From the human T2T-CHM13v2.0 reference genome, Homo sapiens: DNA of 64,000 nucleotides. Position numbers and translations under genes: made by a program. Shown here one piece after another: positions 30,081 to 44,879 of this stretch (positions within the stretch are counted from its first letter, which is position 1; each line of letters begins with the position of its first letter). The notes beneath the pieces are model-generated. The model did not search any database, was not told the origin of the DNA, and saw nothing but the letters and a program-made list of their open reading frames with translations. The stretch is from NCBI RefSeq assembly GCF_009914755.1, contig NC_060931.1. The stretch is one strand, 5' to 3'.

Positions 30081-30666
30081 CTGTTTGTTCAAAAAGAGCC
30101 ATCCATTAAAGATGTGTACAGTGTGAACCTTATCAAAGAGGGAAAAGAAGACTGCAGTGTGACTGGGACAGGATACGTTATGCTGCAATTTAAAAAAATG
30201 AATCCTCAAATTCCAGAGTCTTGAAACAACACCACTCATTTGTCACTCATAGTACATGTCCATCACTGGTCAGCAGGGCATTCTGCTGCATGTACACAAA
30301 GGCCCAAGCTGACCATCTTACAGCTCCTTCATCTGGAAAGCACATCTTCCTCCTCAGCCCTGCCAGCAGGAGAAATGAAGGCCTTTCAACTGCCTCAGCT
30401 TCTTCTATCTCTCCATTCTTCCTGAAAACTTACTATCCATGGGTCCAAAAGATGATCTTTATTCATATTCCTCATTGGGAGAATGGAAATTGAAGACTGA
30501 CCCCCTCCTTTCTGCTCATATTTTGTTAGCCTGAAGTAGTCTATGGTCATGATTAATTGGAAGGGAACCAGGAAATGTGTGAGAAAAATGGAATGGAATA
30601 TTTGGGACAACAGTATTGTCTTTGCCTCAGCCTGCTCTTTTGATCACTGAATGTCTATTTACCACC

Positions 30667-32930
30667 CATATTAGTCCATTTTTGCACTGCTAGTAAAGAC
30701 ATACCCAAGAGTGGGCAATTTACAAAATAAAGAGGTTTAATGGACTTAACAGTTCCACATGGCTGGGGAGGTTTCACAATCATGGTGGACGGCAAGGAGG
30801 AGCAAGTTACATCTTACGTGGATGGTGGCAGGCAGAGAGCTTGTGCAGGGAAACTCCCCTTTTAAAAACCATCAGATCTCATGAGACTTATTCACTATCA
30901 AGAGATCAGCATGGGAAAGGCCTGCCCCCATGATTCAATTACCTCCCACCGGGTCCCTCCCACAACAGGTGGGAATTTGAGATGAGATTTGGGTGGAGAC
31001 ACAGCCAAACCATATCATTTAGTCCCTGGCCCCTCCCAAATCTCATGTCCTCACATTTCAAAACCAATCATGCCTTCCCAACAGTCCCTTAAAGTCTTAA
31101 CTTATTTAAGCATTAACTCAAAAGTCCACAGTCCAAAGTCTTATCTGAGACAAGGTAAGATCCTTTTGCTTATGAGCCTGTAAAATCAAAAGCAAGTTAG
31201 TTACTCCCTAGAAACAATGGGGGTACAGGCATTGAGTAATTTCAGCCATTCCAAATGGGAGAAATTGGCCAGAACAAAGTGGCTACAGGCCTCATGCAAG
31301 TCCAAAACCCAAAATGATCTCCTTTGACTCCATGTCTCACATCCAGGTCACACTGATGCAAGAGGTGGCTTTTCATGGTCTTTGGCAGCTCTGCCCCTGT
31401 GGCTTGGCAGGGTACAGCCTCTCTCCTGGCTGCTTTCACAGGCTGGTGTTGAGTGTCTGTGGCTTTTCTGGGCCCATGGTGCACGCTGTCAGTGGATCTA
31501 CCATTCATTCTGGGGTCTGGAGGATGGTGGCCCTCTTCTCACAGCTCCACTAGGCGGTGCCCCAGTGGGGACTCTGTTTGGGCGCTCTGACCCCACATTT
31601 CCCTTCTGTACTGCCCTAGCAGAAGTTCTCTGTGAGAGCCCCGCCCCTGCAGCAAACTTCTGCCTGGGCATCCAGGCATTTCCATACATCTTCTGAAATC
31701 TAGGTGGAGGTTCCCAAACCCCATTTCTTGACTTCTGTGTATTTGCAGGCTCAACACCATGTGGAAACTGCCAAGGCTTGGGGCTTGCACCCTCTGAAGC
31801 CACAGGCAAGTTCTACCTTGGCCCCTTTCAGCCATGGCTGGAGCAGCTGCAATGTAGGGCACCAAGTCCCTAGGCTGCACACAGCACAAGGACCGTGGGC
31901 CCAGCCCATGAAACCATTTTTTCCTCCTAGGCCTCCAGGCCTGTGATGGGAGGGGCTGCCCAGAAGACCTCTGATATGCCCTGGAGACGTTTTCCCTATT
32001 GTCTTGGGGATTAACATTTGGCTCCTTGTTACTTAAGCAGATTTCTGCAGCTGGCTTTAACTTCTCCTCAGAAAATTGGATTTTCTTTTCTATTGTATTG
32101 TCAGGCTGCACATTTTCCAAACTTTTATGTTCTCCTTCCCTTATAAAACTGAATGCTTTTAACAGCACCCAAGTTACCTCTTGAATGCTTTGCTGCTTAG
32201 AAATTTCTTCCACCAGACATCCTAAATCATCTCTCTCAAGTTCAAAGTTCTACAAATCTCTAGGGCCGGGGCAAAATGCCACCAGTCTCTTTGCTAAAAC
32301 ATAACAAGAGTTACCTTTGCTCCAGTTCCCAACAAGTTCCTCATCTCCTTCTGAGACCACCTCAGCCTGGACTTTGTTGTCCTATTGCTATCAACATTTT
32401 GGGCAAAGCCATTCAACAAGTCTCTAGGAAGTTCCAAACTTTCCCACATTTTCCTGTCTTCTTCTGAGCCCTTCAAATTGTTCCAACCTCTACCTGTTAC
32501 CCAGTTCCAAATTCGCTTCCATATTTTTGGGTATATTTTCAGCAACACTCCACTCTGCTGGTACCAATTTTCTACATTAGTCCGTCTTCATGCTGCTGAT
32601 AAAGATTTACCCAAGACTGGGCAATTTACAAAGATAGAGGTTTAATTGGATTTACAGTTCCATGCAGCTGAGGAGGCCTCACAATCATGGGGGAAAGCAA
32701 AGAGAAGCAAGTCACATCTTATGTGGATGGCAGCAGGCAAAGAGAGAGAGAGCTTGTGCAGAGAAACTCCCCTTTTTAAAACCATCAGATCTCGTGAGAC
32801 TTATTCACTATCACGTGATCAGCATGGAAAAGACCTGCTCCCAAGATTCAGTTACCTTCCACTGGGTCTCTCCTACAACCTGTGGGAATTTGAGATGAGA
32901 TTTGGGTGGGGACACAGCCAAACCATGTCA
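30667..32930 (-). mobile_element. Full-length THE1 MaLR: LTR 30667-31017, internal 31018-32572, LTR 32573-32930
   Basis: Two similar ~350-bp LTRs flank a ~1.55-kb internal region carrying the typical THE1-int ORF relics (EEISKQQSIQEVTWVLLKAF). Confidence 0.94.
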
Positions 32931-35067
32931 CTTCCTTATTCTCAATTTCCATAGACAACCAAAAAGTTCAATTTGATCAATGCATCTGGCACCCATTCCA
33001 GGATCACTGAGTGCTATACAATAGTCACTATATCAGATTAGGACCTGGCTCTTCTTGGTCTGCAGATCTAAGAGCTAAGAAGACAAGTTTTCTGCTGCCC
33101 ATATAACTAGTACCCAGTGGAAGAACAAGAACAGATTAACATCAATAAACACATTCTGGAAATCCAAGAATGGAAGTTATGAGCCTTCACTCTTCTGCTT
33201 TATTGGCCTCTTCTCACTAGAAAGAAGGAGCTCTTCTTCCACTTTCTGGCTTTTTTCTGCTGTCTGAAAGGGATCTCATAGTTCTAATTATAATCTATCC
33301 CACTGCATAATTAGTGTAAATGATGTTAAAGTGTCTGGTGGGGAGGAGAGAGGCGAGTATCTTTGAAAGGGGCAAAGACATTTCCCAAGGAGGAAGAGGT
33401 CATGGTGGGAACCCAGGTACTGCTTTGGCAAAGTTTTATGCGGAGGGAGAGGAACCCCACAGGGTTGGCTTAGTTTGTATCTCAGGACACCCAGGGGAAC
33501 TGCCATTCCACCTGTTTTTCCTTTTTCAAGGCTCAGTCTTTCCTTTCTTCTTCCCTGCCTCCCTTACATAATTCTGGAGCACACGCTGTGTGCAGACAGC
33601 CCTTGGAAGTGGCCTGTGGATTTTTCAGGGAATACGTGATAGTTCTTACCCTGTTGGCACCAACAGTCTACTGGGAGAAATAATTATAATATTGTATGAT
33701 AATTCTTAAAATAGAAATATTAACAATGTAATCTGGGAGGAGAGAAAAGGAAATGGCCAGCCCTAGAACATCGGTTTCTTCAGTGAACTCTTTATTAATT
33801 TCTGTGGTATTGTGCTCTCCTGAATCCTTATCTCAAGAAATTATCTGACTCTTTGTTTTTTGAATGTGCTTTCTCTGTCTCATATCTTTGTAGTTCTTTT
33901 TAATATCCAGAGGAATTTATCATGGGTCTGTTTTTGTCCTCTAGGGTTCTTCAAATCTTATAAACTGATGCAGTATGGGAATTTATGGAAAAATATATAA
34001 GTAGCTCATAGATTCTAGCAGCAGTGAAAAACAAGACTTGGAAAATGGCTTAGCAGAAGAGAAGTTCCTACTCCAGTAAGATTCTGGGTAGGGCATTACC
34101 GTGGGAACCTTGACACTAGAGTGGTGGTTGCTGGGACATCTCTCAACTCTTTCTGCTTTGAGTCTCCAATTCAACACACCAAGTCCTGAGTGGAAGCATC
34201 TAATTGACCTCACCTTGATGTGTGTTTACATCCTGGTCACTAGAGGGTAGGGGGAGGGAATAACTGACTTCTTTGCTCCCATAGTGAGGGGTGGGGCCCT
34301 GCTCCCACCAAGATCCACACAGTAAAGGTTCTTCCAAAATAGGAGAGTGTTTGGATATTGAATATATAGACAAGCAACTTCTCCCTGTGTCATTGCCTGC
34401 CTCCATTTTATCAGAAAATTCTGATTCATCCCGGTTCTATAACAACAGCTCTGACCATCTACTCCTGTTTTTCCAAATGCATTCGGGGCATCCTCTTGGG
34501 TGCTCCATGGCATCTAAACTCACATAGGATAATGACCAGGCACATCATTCTTCTTCCCCTTCTCAGACTGTTTCTTTGAGAATCACCTGAGAAATGAGTT
34601 AAAAATGCAGATTTCCTAGACTTCCTCTCCCTCCTCTGCAATGCTGATTTTTGAGCTTCTGGAGGAAAGCCGAGGAATCTGCCATTTTCAGCAGGTAGCC
34701 CGGGAGATTTTCAGACTAATAATGGCTATGCTCTTTGGGAAACAGGGTTTTCACCTATTACAAATTTTTGCCAATGTTTTCTCTGCTGTATCTCTCAAGT
34801 CTTCCCACTCTATTCCCTAAAACAGTATGTCTTCTCTATTGCAAAGACTACTTTCACGCCATCTTTATTATTGGCTTTATACTGTATATGTCCCACCATC
34901 ACCAGTACAGAACTTCTCATAGGCCTCTCTACCTATTCTGTGGCGATAGCATCAGGGAGAGCCAGGGAAACTACCTTCTACTTTCTGCATCCCTTGGAAT
35001 TTGTCTGGATTTCCAGAAATTGAGTTTTGTGTGGCTGTTTCGGTTGATACAGTATGAGATAACTGGA

Positions 35068-35535
<468 letters not shown>

Positions 35536-36351
35536 TCATGCCATAAGTCAAATTATTTGTCCATGTGACCTGGCCCTGCTCAAGGGATGTTCTGTATGAC
35601 CTGCGGTGAATATTCACTCTCTCGTTTGGGCACAGTATGGGCACATTATGATCCAGCCCTTATGATCTCCTTTGGATCTTTCTTTTCAGGCATGATGGTT
35701 TAAAGGATTGTTTTGTACCATGGAACTATCCGTAGAAAATTATTTTCAGGGTTCTTCTATTGTTCACTAGCCTGGCTTAAAAGTATAGCTTTACTTTCTG
35801 TCTTTACAGTAAGCGAGAGGTTAGAAGGATATGCTTGAATAAGGAGACTGCCTTCCTCTACACTGCCAGTATTTTATTAAGAGTATTAGAACATTTTCTT
35901 TGTCTTGTATTTTATATATTGATATGATTTTATGTCTTCTCTCACCTTGAAACTTTCATTGTAGATTTTAATTTAAAAGGTGAAGAGGTAGGCCTCAATT
36001 TCCTTGATTCTTCGAACTCTGAGTTGGAAGATGATGGTAGTAAATCATTGGAGGCTTAGAGGTGAGAGAGTACCATTTGTTCTGGGAGGATTCTACGTCG
36101 TAAATTTGTACTTAGATGTACAAGAATGTTAAACACCAAAGAAAGAAGCCTACATGATCTCTATTCTCGACCTTGAGCAAGGATTAGCATTGTCCTGGGC
36201 AGCCTGTAGGAACACACAGTATCACTGCTCCCTTGCGTTTGTACACTAAAGCTTTGCTCTTCCTGGTCAGTCAGAGCAGTACAACCAACAGCTGAATAAT
36301 ATGGGAACTTATCCTGAGAGCTTCCAATCTATTTAACAACATACATATTAA

Positions 36352-36680
<329 letters not shown>

Positions 36681-36923
36681 TACTATCTTTCTTTATGTTC
36701 TCCAAGTCAGTCTAATTTTGACTTTGTAGGCTATATCTCTCCAGGCTGGCAAGAAATTGGGCATGTCATGCTGAGTGTTTCTTTGGGTCCTGGGCCTTAT
36801 ACAGAAGAGACTGCCTGCTTGTCTGTTATTTGTCCTTATAGATCGTCAGAGACATCTGCTCTCCTTGTCTACACATTCTCTTTAGGTCTGAGATCTCTCT
36901 GCTTAGGAAAACAAGATATTCTG

Positions 36924-37327
<404 letters not shown>

Positions 37328-38786
37328 TCACTGACACTCCCCACCTCCTCAGCCCAGGGACAGATCTTTCTTTTATGAAGCTCCTTCCTGCTGTCTGCTT
37401 TCCCACTCCATTCTACAATTTCCCTCAAACCTTGTTCTTACACTGAATCATTAACGACAAAAATTTAGTTTCTCTTTCCTTGAGAACACAAGGACAAAGG
37501 CTCAGAAATTGAGGGGTCTATTTGCATCTTATCCTTCTAGTGTAGCAAAGAAAAAAAGAAGGCTGAAACTAGAAGTCTCATATCCTAACAACCAGGCATT
37601 TGTTGAGTTCCTACTATGTATAACACTCAATACGCATTCCTTCTTGTGAATTGGTGCTGATGGTAGCTCAGGCACTCTGTTAAGCATTGAAGGCATATGG
37701 TTGTCCTTGCCTACATCAGGTGGGGTTCAGGGTGCAGTCAAAAAAATCAATTCTTGCAAATTTAAGCAAAAGGGGCTGGGTGCATCAAAGAAGTCCCCAC
37801 TCTCCCTCCACCGCCAAAAAAACAAAACAAAAAACAAAAAAAACCATGATGTGGAGTTAGCCAGATGAATGAGAGAAAACACTTAAGAAATATGTAGAGG
37901 CCAGGTACTGGAAATGAAGAAAGGCAAATAACAATGAATAATCTAGGCTCTGCCCTCAAAGGGCTTTACAGCTTGGTGAGGAAATGGACCTTTATACTCA
38001 TAATACAAGGCAATGAATGAAAGGAGGCAAAGCTAGTCACGGTTCGGCTTGGAAATTGCAGCATCAGGGCTTTTAGAAGAAAAGTTGGTCTTGAGCAGCA
38101 TATAACCTTTAAATACTAACACAGTGGTGGAGCTGATGTTCAAATTGTCTGGACAGATCAAATCTGTCTGGACAAGGGAGAAGAGAGTAGGCTGCCTTGC
38201 GTAAACAGTAGAACATTCTAAATGGAGAAGCCATTTTAAAATTCTCTTCCTTGAAACCTTGTCTGGTCAGTGGCAAAATGTCATAGCTGAGTTTGGAAGA
38301 TTACATACCATTTGCATTGATTAAATTATTTTTGTTAATCAGGGCAGTTAATATTAACAGTGTAATGCTACATGCTGGATGGATGTGTTGTTATGTACTA
38401 TTGCTACTTATAAAATAGCAACACCTGATCAATTTGGAAGAATAACTTATATTAAGGTGTTCATCTGTATTTTAGCATCATTGCTATAAACAAATCAGAA
38501 AGAATGGAAGCTCTTATTTCTTTGTGGACAACTCAATCCTCTCACCCCACACGTCAACATTTTCTTTACCTAACAAGCAGAAATTTGAACCCAAGACCAG
38601 GGATGGTGACAGTGGGGTCTTTGCTGTCCCTAGAGCAGATTTAGAGGAGTGCACTCCCTCAAATCTTTGAATCATGGTGTGGAGGAAAAAGGTAAGGGCT
38701 TTGAAGAGGCTGATGGGCCAAACCTGGAGGATAGTTTATCTGCAATGAGAAAAGGGGTAAGTTCATGACACCATTTCTTTCTCTCG

Positions 38787-39535
38787 TTTTTTGTTGTTAG
38801 TTTTTATCTCATGATCATAAACTTAACCCTGCAATCCAGCTAGATGTGGAAGAGAATAAGGAAAATATGGAACCCAAAGAATTATAGCAAGAGCACAACG
38901 ATTATAGGATGCTGAGAGCAAATAGGGTAGAGGGGTGCTCTCCTGAGCTACAAAAGGAATGGTCTGGTAGCTAAGGTAAAACACAAAGCAAATTTATTAG
39001 ATTTGTCCACAGTCAGCAGTGATGATCTTCTTGCTGGTCTTGCCATTCCTAGAACAGAAGCACTCCATGGCTTCCACAATATTCATGCCATCTTTTACCC
39101 TGCCAAAGACCACATCCCTGCCATCCAGCCACTCAGTTTTGGCAGTGCAGATGAAGAACTGGGAATCATTTGTGTTGTGTCCAGCATTTGCCATGGACAA
39201 GATGCCAGGACCCATAGGCCTCAGGATGAGGTTCTCATCATCAGACTTCTCCCTGCAGATGGACTTGCCACCAGTGCCATTATGGTGTGTGAATTCACCA
39301 CCCTGACACATAAACCCTGGAATCATTCTGTGAAAGCAAGAACCCTTATAACCAAATCCTTTTTCTCAAGTTCTTAGAACAAGACTGTTTTCTGAGGTCT
39401 TTGGAACTTTGTCTGCAAACAGCTCAGAGGAGATGCTGCCCAGGGGCTTGCTATGGCGATGATGAAGAACACTGTGAGGTTGAACGTGGCTAGTGGCAAG
39501 GGGCTCTGGGTAGCATGGGTGGCATACGCAAATCT
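38787..39535 (-). pseudogene. Cyclophilin A (PPIA) processed pseudogene
   Basis: Intronless. Translates [22 protein letters not shown]...GILSMANAG...[10 protein letters not shown]. Start codon mutated to ACG (39487), 5' part frameshifted, PPIA-like 3' UTR, decayed poly-A near 38787. Confidence 0.95.
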
Positions 39536-39972
39536 CCCCTCATGACTATTTCATGTGTGTATGTATGTGCATGTGTGTTTGTAATCTGTGAATGGTAAAG
39601 ATCCATGCCCCATTTACACATTACTTCTTATTTGGTTAATAGAATTCTGTCTGATGTGTGAATGCTTGGGGTGGGGATAGGAGATGAACTCTGAGATCCA
39701 TGCTCTTGAGGCTTATCAAGAAGGATTGCTAGGCCTAAGCTTAGAATAATGAAATACACCACCTATCTGTGAATGAATGATGTGGGCTCAGACAGTAAGC
39801 ATCTCAGCAGCAGTCTGCACTAAAGATTCTTATGCCCCAAACATTACTGAGTTTGAGTTTCTCAACATGCTGGTGCATGAGAGCTAAAGATCACATTTAA
39901 TTTGATTCAGGTGTTATTACCAATAAAATAATCTATAAAAAAGTTGCAAGACTGCTTGCAAGGGTATGTTAA

Positions 39973-40550
<578 letters not shown>

Positions 40551-43458
40551 CTGGAATCAAAAGAGTCTTCTGTATGGGTGATCTTTATAGCTGGTATTTG
40601 GGAAATAGTTTTCAACTTTTCTGCTAACTCTGATAGATTTATCAACCAGAAGGGTCTGCTTGAAGCATTGTGTGGGAAGGACTTGCAATCATATTTAGAT
40701 ACACTGAGAGAGAATGTTGTGGTAGATGGTAATCTGAGTGTGAGAATGAGGTACAGTGCTATGGTTTAATTATTTACCTTTTCTCATTTTCAACTTTTCC
40801 TCACATCAGAGAGACCGTGTGTGTTGAGCAAACCTTTCAAAACCTCGCTTCCCGTGTGATCCTGCTTCCCATCCGTTTGGTTCAGCTGTCTCGAGACATC
40901 TGTTTCTACTCTTCGTTAAGGGTGGGGACAGTGACAGTGAGTGCGCCCCCGTCCCTATCCCCACAAATCATATACAGTTACACACAGAGTGTACTATAGT
41001 TGATCAGCAAACTTGCCTGTGCTGTTCTCTCTTGCAGACTTATATGTCGGATCCTCAGAGAAGACTCAGGCAAATGGAAACTGGGCAGGCAAGCCTTGAT
41101 TACAAGGAGGAGTAAATGGTGAAGGAAAGAACCGCTTTTTCTGTCCTCATTCCCCTATAAAATTTACATTTTTCCCCCACTAAGAACAACAGTAACATCT
41201 CTGCTAATATTATGCTACCATGAACTAACATCTTCCTTTCTTTCCCTATTTTGAACCCTTGGGTGATTTGTCTGGCCATCACACATCGTGATTTTTGAAA
41301 GAATTAAGTACATTGACCTCTCGCTGTTAGCATTTCTGTAGTTTGCTCAAGGAGTTTATTTGGGGAAGGGGAGAGGAAAGGTTCATAGGAATAATTTCTT
41401 TTTATTTTACTCCCTTATTGTGTATGAGTCAATTTTTTCCCCAATAGCTATGACCTTCTTACAATAAGGGACCATCCTGCAAGTAAGGATGTAAAGTATG
41501 AGTCTATTTTTGCCCCAGTAGCTATGACCTTCTTACAGTGGTGTCTAGAAGAGAGGTTGACAAAAGCCAACATGCAATATAGGATTTATTGAACTGAGGT
41601 GCCTGGGATTTAATGGAAAGCCTTGTATTTTAGGACTATGTCAAGGATACACTATCTGATTTTCTCAACTTCCATGGCTAAATGAAGATTATCAGAGACA
41701 GGAACCCAATTCAGGCTGGACTGCCAACAGCTACCCGAGTCGCTGTTAAGCCCTGGTACCCTAATAATGCCACTGGTATCAATCCCCCATTTTTTCAGTA
41801 CTTTATCATTAGGATACTGTTCATAGGGTTTGCAGATGGTGGGCCCACTGAACTGAGCTGAAAATATAGATGTCTACCTGGCCAACAAGTAGTGGAAATA
41901 GACACACTACTTGTATGTATGTGGAATATACAAATCATAGTTTAGTAAGGTTTGACTGCCACCTGGTGGGGGAAATTCTGCAGTATGTTCATTTCAATGT
42001 CAAAGGCATAAATAAGACTCAAGTCATTAGTCACCTAACTGTAGGCTTGGATGCCTAAGATATTCCAAAATAGTTCAGTTGCCTTAAAGGAATTAAAGAC
42101 TTATAATTGTGGTTGTGTTAGGGCATGTGCCTGCTATCTGCAAATATGATTGCTCATTAATCAAGTAAAACTCAGGCACCAGATTCATTGTCTTCGAGGG
42201 TTCTTTCCAGCTCTGAGGTTGTGTCAGTCTTCACCTAGACTTTGAGAATAAACTTGAGGCCAGAATTATTAAGATTCTTATTGCCAGCTGGAGCTAACAT
42301 ACATCCTACCAATTCCAAGCCGGGTGTGAAATCTCCTAGAAACCACCCACTCTTAGATCTCATGGAACAAATTAGAACAGGAAGGAATCCTCATCTCTCT
42401 TTATCAGAAAATAGCCCTGTAAGCAAGGAGCATGTAAAGAAGTAGAATGGAAAAGCAGGCAAGTTAAGTTTTAACAATGCTAAGCACCTGATAGATTTTC
42501 CTTAAGTTGATTCTTTTTTTTTTTTTTTTTACCAATGTCTGAAAAAAAAAAAAAAACTACACAAAACAAGGAAAATGATCTACTTTCTTTGGGTTGTGGA
42601 ACAATCTAGGGTATAAGGAAGACATCTTTATCTTGTAGAATGACCAGTATAACAATATGTTGTATCAGATTTATACCCTTCCCAGATTTCCTTGCTCCCT
42701 TTTCCTGGGCCACTGGCTGCTGGCTCCATGAAGAGTCCCATCACTTCTGTCCCCTCATGGAACATCACTGTCCACCTTGTCTTCCTCCAATGATGAAGGC
42801 CCAGTTTAATGGGCCTAGTCAGGTCAGGTGTGGGCACCAACGCCGCTGCAGCTTCCACTGTGCCAGGTTCAGTGAGAGCCATGCTGGAGCCTACCTTCCC
42901 CTGGGAGAGGCCAAGGGAGATGTCACTGAAGTGCCTGGACTCAGCTTCCTCACTGGCTGCCTGGAAGAACCAGTGACAACCCTAGTGAAAGTGCAGTGGT
43001 AGGCGCTGGGTCATAGGCAGAGGGATTTGCTTGTGCAAAGGACTTGGGAGAGCAAAGAGAGTTCAGAGAACTGCCCATTGTCGGCGTGGCTGGAGTGTGA
43101 TGAGCAGATGGGAGAGGAAGGCAGACAGATGACACAAGGCTTTGCAGGATGACCTTGAACCTTAGCCCATGTCATTGGTAAGCTATGTAAGCAAAAGAGT
43201 ATTGCAAGCAGGTTTGTGGTTTAAGATCTGGCTGCATGGTAGGGACATGATTAGAGGGAGACAGAGCTTGAGAAAGGGAGATAAGGAGATGGTTGGGGGA
43301 ATGGAGACTGGAGATGATGGGGGCACTACGTGGTGGCAATTGACTTGTAGTCAGGTGACCAAAAGTCCTGTTCTGGCTCTGTCACTAACTTTGGTTGAAT
43401 TATTTAAGTCTTCTGCTGTTCCATGTTCTCATCTATGAGTCAGAGTTAAAACTACCTC

Positions 43459-43768
<310 letters not shown>

Positions 43769-44879
43769 TACCTCATTCCTAGTCTTGAAAATTAAATAAT
43801 TTGAATGCACTTACTAATAGGTGCTTCATAAATACGATTTGGGTGTGAAAGGTGTGAGGATGGAGTGGCCTCCCCTGAGTTAGCACAGCTGTCAGGCCAG
43901 CTGAGCACAGCCACCACCAAGACCTCACTAAAGTAGGCCCTAGGTTTTCTCAAGATAACAAGTGATTTACTTGGATGTAAGGAGCGTTATCTGTAAATAC
44001 TGTCTCCACAGGATTAAGGGGGCAGAACGATTGCCGGTGATAGAAATGTCAACAGCAAAAGGCCAGTAGGACACTAGAAACAGCAGTGTCAGGATGTGCC
44101 AGCTGGCATTTGCTGCACGCTGTGCTATGAGTGTGTGAGCACACAGATAAACATTGTAATTAACCATCCTGGGGTGATAGTATGTTCATACAGTCAAAAC
44201 AGGTGATAGATTTGAAATGCAATTTGAACTTAATCATTTGGGTGGGGTGATTTCAGAGTCAAGTAATTTAGCAAACCATTTTTAAAGGGTGCTAATTAAA
44301 AATTGCCTGGGGTTATCAATTTGCTGCCAGAACTGCAGAAAAATGGGCATGGAAAAATTTCAGTCCAGCTAATTATTGGCTAAAGCATAAGACTTGATTA
44401 CCATGTCAGGGGAATTTTTTAAATGGGGATATTTTCATTCAAAGCTTTTAATTTTTTAATTTAGGGGAAGAATTATTGAGACAATAGAATTAGATATATT
44501 GAGAGACTATACTCCCGGGGTGAGAAAGACACAGTATCTTATTTGCTTTATTTTGTTCATCATTAATTATATCTAGTGTCATTAAGGCAAATAAATTTTT
44601 GTGTACTGGATTGAGGAACCTTGGAGTCCTAGTTTGCAGACGCTTAATTGTCTGAGATACCACTGAACCCTAAAACACAAGTGCACAGTTATGGTGTTTA
44701 TTTCAGTCAGCAGAGTCTCAGAGTTTGATGAGAGCATTTAGTGTGCTGTGAGGGTGGCTGATGCAATTCTTCTTGGTGCTTTTCCACTTTCCTATAGATA
44801 TTTTAAAAGTTAGGTGTCCAGGAAATCTCAATAAGAATCAGACTGTGAAGTTTAAAGGGGACAGACAGCATGATGGTCT

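Noticed and set aside
31539-32213. 224-aa ORF
   Set aside because: Relic of the THE1 internal region with frameshifts, common to many copies.
38997-39326. 109-aa cyclophilin ORF as a functional retrogene
   Set aside because: The start codon is mutated, the N-terminal third is frameshifted, and many conserved residues are substituted.
41422-41537. Repeat-spacer-repeat geometry (42 + 32 + 42 bp) reminiscent of a CRISPR array
   Set aside because: Only two imperfect copies, no cas genes, and a mammalian context.
42510-43030. 84-aa ATG ORF (42628-42882, minus) next to a poly-T run, with possible splice sites near 42960/42894; considered as a processed pseudogene or novel exon
   Set aside because: I could not recognise a parent gene, TSD or polyA signal. 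It is more likely an old LTR-like or unique sequence. BLAST and RepeatMasker would settle it.
43960-44420. Apparently non-repeat AT-rich segment with several TAAT/ATTA cores, a possible enhancer
   Set aside because: Motif density is not clearly above expectation for AT-rich DNA, and I have no conservation data.
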